Shown here in pieces: positions 42,288 to 44,431 of a DNA stretch of 44,431 nucleotides; within the stretch, counting starts at the first letter, position 1, and each line of letters opens with the position of its first letter. The stretch spans positions 1 to 44,431 of the forward strand of contig CAZJJM010000001.1 of assembly GCA_964546355.1 (NCBI GenBank). The letters are read 5' to 3'. The stretch is from an uncultured Candidatus Saccharibacteria bacterium. GTDB lineage: Bacteria > Patescibacteriota > Minisyncoccia > Phycocordibacterales > UBA9973. The position numbers and the translations under genes are program-made. A model generated the notes under the pieces. It did no database searches. It was not told where the DNA came from and was given only the letters and a program-made list of their open reading frames with translations.

Positions 42288-42317
42288 AAAAATACCGAGA
42301 TTACTCTCGGTATTTTT
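42288..42317. terminator. Bidirectional terminator after the tRNA pair and the convergent GerMN-like gene
   Basis: aaaaataccgaga-ttac-tctcggtattttt. Confidence 0.7.
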
Positions 42318-42331
42318 ATATACTCATGTAT

Positions 42332-43192
42332 TTAAGGCTCTAGTGTATCACTTTGCCCATCAACGGTAATACTAACCTTTTTAACCGTCTTGAATTGCTT
42401 CAGTGTTTGTTCTATTTGCGCTTTTATTTGACCTACCTTACAAGATCCGCCACCAGACAAGCCACTGAAATCTACTTTCGCTTCCCCATTTTTAATCACA
42501 AGACTGTTCAATGAACCATTTTCGATACTAGATATAAATCCGCCTGTTTTTTCAAAGACATATGGACCTTTGAGTAATTCAAGGATTGAGCCCTTCCCCA
42601 TCTCAGACGTTTTGAGAATTGACCGACCTAAAGCAAACACCTTTTCACAATCAAGCATTTGTGGGTCAATTTTTGTATTTCCCATATAGACAAGTACACC
42701 TGTCTCGTCATTTTGCACAAATCGAACAGGTAGAGAAAATGCATAGTTCCTTCCCTCTTCTTCTCCTCCAGGGTTATCGTTACGGAAAATCATCGAACCT
42801 GATTGAGCACCTTTTGTATCAAACTGAGGCACTTTAGCAAAAAATGGCACTAGACTGGTTGTCATCCATTCACCTTGTGCAGTCATAGGGAAAGTCACCA
42901 ATACTTCATTTTTTTCATTTACAATAGAAACAGGAGCAGAAGCTTCAAAGAACCAATTCCCTCTTGCTTTACCAAGAATACTTACCCCAGGCATAATCAC
43001 CGCACCAGCAAAGGGATTGTAGACTTGTATCATATTTGAAACATCTTCACCATTCACAGAACCTGCAGGAATAGAGACTTTCGACGGTGGATTCCTTTTT
43101 TCAACAACCTGAGTTCGTACAAAAAACCACACACCAGTAAGTACTAGCAAACACACAACGATTATAATGTATCTTTTTTTTAGCTCATTCAT
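42332..43192 (-). CDS. Membrane-anchored Gmad2 Ig-like / GerMN-like domain protein
   Basis: N-terminal TM helix. GKARGNWFFEASAPVSIVN (Gmad2-like). C-terminal half has a GerMN-like pattern (ILELLKGP...GEAKVDFS...QIEQTLKQF..VKKVSITVDG). Confidence 0.55.
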   Translation of the reverse strand: MNELKKRYIIIVVCLLVLTGVWFFVRTQVVEKRNPPSKVSIPAGSVNGEDVSNMIQVYNPFAGAVIMPGVSILGKARGNWFFEASAPVSIVNEKNEVLVTFPMTAQGEWMTTSLVPFFAKVPQFDTKGAQSGSMIFRNDNPGGEEEGRNYAFSLPVRFVQNDETGVLVYMGNTKIDPQMLDCEKVFALGRSILKTSEMGKGSILELLKGPYVFEKTGGFISSIENGSLNSLVIKNGEAKVDFSGLSGGGSCKVGQIKAQIEQTLKQFKTVKKVSITVDGQSDTLEP

Positions 43193-43218
43193 ATTCTTAG
43201 TATACCAGTTCTTTTAAG

Positions 43219-43227
43219 TGTGGATAA
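43219..43227 (-). promoter_or_regulatory. Perfect DnaA-box 9-mer (TGTGGATAA)
   Basis: Exact reverse complement of the consensus TTATCCACA, in the 41-nt gap between the GerMN-like gene and yraN. Functional relevance is unproven. Confidence 0.25.
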
Positions 43228-43233
43228 CTTTTT

Positions 43234-43659
43234 TTAAGAAATAGCAATATTTTCAATCACACGAACTTTTGCTTTTTTCTTTGGAAAATCAATATACACA
43301 AGAATAAGATCGCATTGCCATGAAGTATTATAAAGGACAGGATTGTTTCTTATATAGGACATAACTGTTTTTGCAAATTTCCTTATTTTCCAAGGGTGCA
43401 TGTTTTCTTCTGGTCTATATGTTCCCTGTTTTGTTTCATGTGTAACTGGATCAATAGAAGTAGAAACAGCTTTAACTTCTACAAAATGTACATTTTTTGT
43501 TTCATGTGTAACAAATTCAGCTATTATATCTATCTCACCATCTCTTGTTGCGTAATTTCTTTCAATAATTTTGAAACCCTTACCAATAAGATACTTAGCA
43601 GCAATGTTTTCTCCATATTCCCCTTTTTTCTGGCTTTTTGAAGTAAATACTTTAGGCAT
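43234..43659 (-). CDS. yraN: YraN-family (UPF0102) endonuclease-like protein
   Basis: GEYGENIAAKYLIGKGFKIIERNY..RDGEIDIIA...HFVEVKA pattern. Confidence 0.8.
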   Translation of the reverse strand: MPKVFTSKSQKKGEYGENIAAKYLIGKGFKIIERNYATRDGEIDIIAEFVTHETKNVHFVEVKAVSTSIDPVTHETKQGTYRPEENMHPWKIRKFAKTVMSYIRNNPVLYNTSWQCDLILVYIDFPKKKAKVRVIENIAIS

Positions 43660-43678
43660 AGATAGTTGTTTTATTGAT

Positions 43679-43720
43679 TATATCTAAAAATAGTTTCATA
43701 TGAAACTATTTTTAGATATA
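43679..43720. repeat. 42-bp perfect palindrome
   Basis: tatatctaaaaatagtttcat|atgaaactatttttagatata, 20 nt upstream of the yraN start. Confidence 0.9.
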
Positions 43721-43741
43721 TAATTACATTTTTGATATTTC

Positions 43742-43808
43742 AACACTTTTACCACCAGTTACACGTGTAACTGGTGGTAAAAGTGTTTCACGTGAAACAC
43801 TTTTACCA
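43742..43808. repeat. Two overlapping perfect palindromes (46 bp and 34 bp) built from three copies of aacacttttacca, each centred on CACGTG
   Basis: 43742-43787 reads aacacttttaccaccagttacac|gtgtaactggtggtaaaagtgtt. 43775-43808 reads tggtaaaagtgtttcac|gtgaaacacttttacca. They share the 13-nt arm at 43775-43787. Confidence 0.9.
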
Positions 43809-43842
43809 AAAACAGAGTAAAATTCTAACAATTAGCATGGTT

Positions 43843-43879
43843 ATACAAAAAATCCTTATAAAATAAGGATTTTTTGTAT
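43843..43879. terminator. 16-bp perfect hairpin with A/T tracts (bidirectional terminator-like)
   Basis: atacaaaaaatcctta-taaaa-taaggattttttgtat. Confidence 0.55.
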
Positions 43880-43944
43880 GTTCTTTAAAATGTCTATAAT
43901 AAAAAGGTCATAAATGAACTGTCTTATGCCCTTTATACACAGAG

Positions 43945-43953
43945 TTATCCACA
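43945..43953 (+). promoter_or_regulatory. Perfect DnaA-box 9-mer (TTATCCACA)
   Basis: Exact consensus match in an AT-rich intergenic region. Functional relevance is unproven. Confidence 0.25.
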
Positions 43954-44122
43954 TTTTTATTGAAAAATATAGGTTATTTCAGGTAATTTTGATAAAAAGT
44001 CAAAAAGTGTTGCTTGTCTTTTTTATACATTTAAGAGACTAGATGATCTGGGTCAAACATAGCTTCTCGTCATTATCTACAAGACACATCAAAATAAATT
44101 GGCTATCTTATTGGTGCAAAAA

Positions 44123-44151
44123 CAAAAAAAACGCACTACTGCGTTTTTTTT
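44123..44151 (-). terminator. Intrinsic terminator directly downstream of tRNA-Arg
   Basis: aaaaaaaacgca-ctac-tgcgtttttttt. Confidence 0.7.
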
Positions 44152-44163
44152 GTTTATCTTTTG

Positions 44164-44235
44164 TGCACCCGGAGGGATTCGAACCCCCAACGACGGTTCC
44201 GAAGACCGGTATGATATCCATTTCACTACGGGTGC
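44164..44235 (-). tRNA. tRNA-Arg (anticodon UCG)
   Basis: Minus-strand cloverleaf. Acceptor GCACCCG/CGGGTGC, anticodon arm CCGGT-CTTCGGA-ACCGT (one C-U mismatch at 27:43), T arm GGGGG-TTCGAAT-CCCTC, discriminator A. No CCA. Confidence 0.88.
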
Positions 44236-44353
44236 AATATGTAAATACTGATTCAGTATACATAGATTGGTGATATAAGTAAAACAACATCATTGCAAAC
44301 AAACAAAAAATACCATATAATCAGGAAGTCGTTTACATAATAATAACGTTCTG

Positions 44354-44423
44354 CGGGTATGGTTTAGTGGTAGAATACGTCCTTGCCAAGGATGAGACGG
44401 GAGTTCGATTCTCCCTACCCGCA
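44354..44423 (+). tRNA. tRNA-Gly (anticodon GCC)
   Basis: Acceptor GCGGGTA/TACCCGC, anticodon arm CGTCC-TTGCCAA-GGATG, T loop TTCGATT. Only 70 nt, so the fold needs either a 3-nt variable loop with a C-C mismatch at the base of the T stem or a 4-bp T stem. No CCA. Confidence 0.8.
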
Positions 44424-44431
44424 CAAAAAAA

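Noticed and set aside
43679-43880. CRISPR array.
   Set aside because: The repeats are inverted (palindromic) and overlapping, not regularly spaced direct repeats with unique spacers. No cas genes are present.
44043-44302. ORFs 44043..44273 (+) and 44108..44302 (-) near the window end.
   Set aside because: Both run straight through the tRNA-Arg gene (44164-44235) and its terminator. The tRNA cloverleaf is a far better explanation.

Overview
This 44.4-kb chromosomal window comes from an AT-rich, apparently streamlined bacterium. The gene content fits a Candidate Phyla Radiation/Patescibacteria (Parcubacteria-like) organism using the standard genetic code: compact housekeeping genes, ComEC, several giant secreted repeat proteins, and ribosomal proteins with Lys-rich tails. 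That placement is inference only, because no search was possible.

Layout:
- 17-15677 (minus strand): the str-S10 ribosomal superoperon in canonical order rpsL-rpsG-fusA-tuf-rpsJ-rplC-rplD-rplW-rplB-rpsS-rplV-rpsC, interrupted at three junctions.
  - rpsG/fusA: three AT-rich hypothetical genes bounded by 43-bp and 17-bp direct repeats.
  - fusA/tuf: a small Cys-rich secreted protein plus an 885-aa tail-fibre-like protein with a peptidase-S74 intramolecular-chaperone signature.
  - rplB/rpsS: a dgkA-family gene plus a 490-nt structured non-coding spacer.
- 15.7-26.8 kb: a W-rich-repeat membrane protein, a site-2 protease, rpmB, and a ComEC split into two genes with an Fe/Mn-SOD and a hypothetical gene in between. 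These are followed by RNase HI with a C-terminal hybrid-binding-like domain, an HExxH lipoprotein, recJ, a hypothetical gene and a HIT protein.
- 27-33.7 kb (minus strand): pgk and tpiA, preceded by a three-gene surface-protein operon (small repeat membrane protein, W-rich-repeat/Ig-like protein, 990-aa fibre-like protein with a glycine-rich C-terminal domain).
- 34-42 kb (plus strand): nusA (with a promoter-proximal terminator), ppa, two secreted/membrane hypotheticals, a trigger factor lacking the PPIase domain, clpP, rny and hup.
- 42-44.4 kb: tRNA-Pro, tRNA-Gly(UCC), a Gmad2/GerMN-like protein, yraN, a 500-bp intergenic region packed with long perfect palindromes, tRNA-Arg and tRNA-Gly(GCC).

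I saw no rRNA, CRISPR array, transposase, integrase or reverse transcriptase.

The best candidates for novelty are:
- the three unlinked fibre-like/W-repeat surface-protein loci, a possible host-attachment toolkit;
- the repeat-bounded cargo cassettes inside the ribosomal superoperon;
- the overlapping-palindrome region next to tRNA-Arg.

All start codons, domain calls and RNA structures were read by eye from the sequence and the ORF track. None is confirmed by any search.
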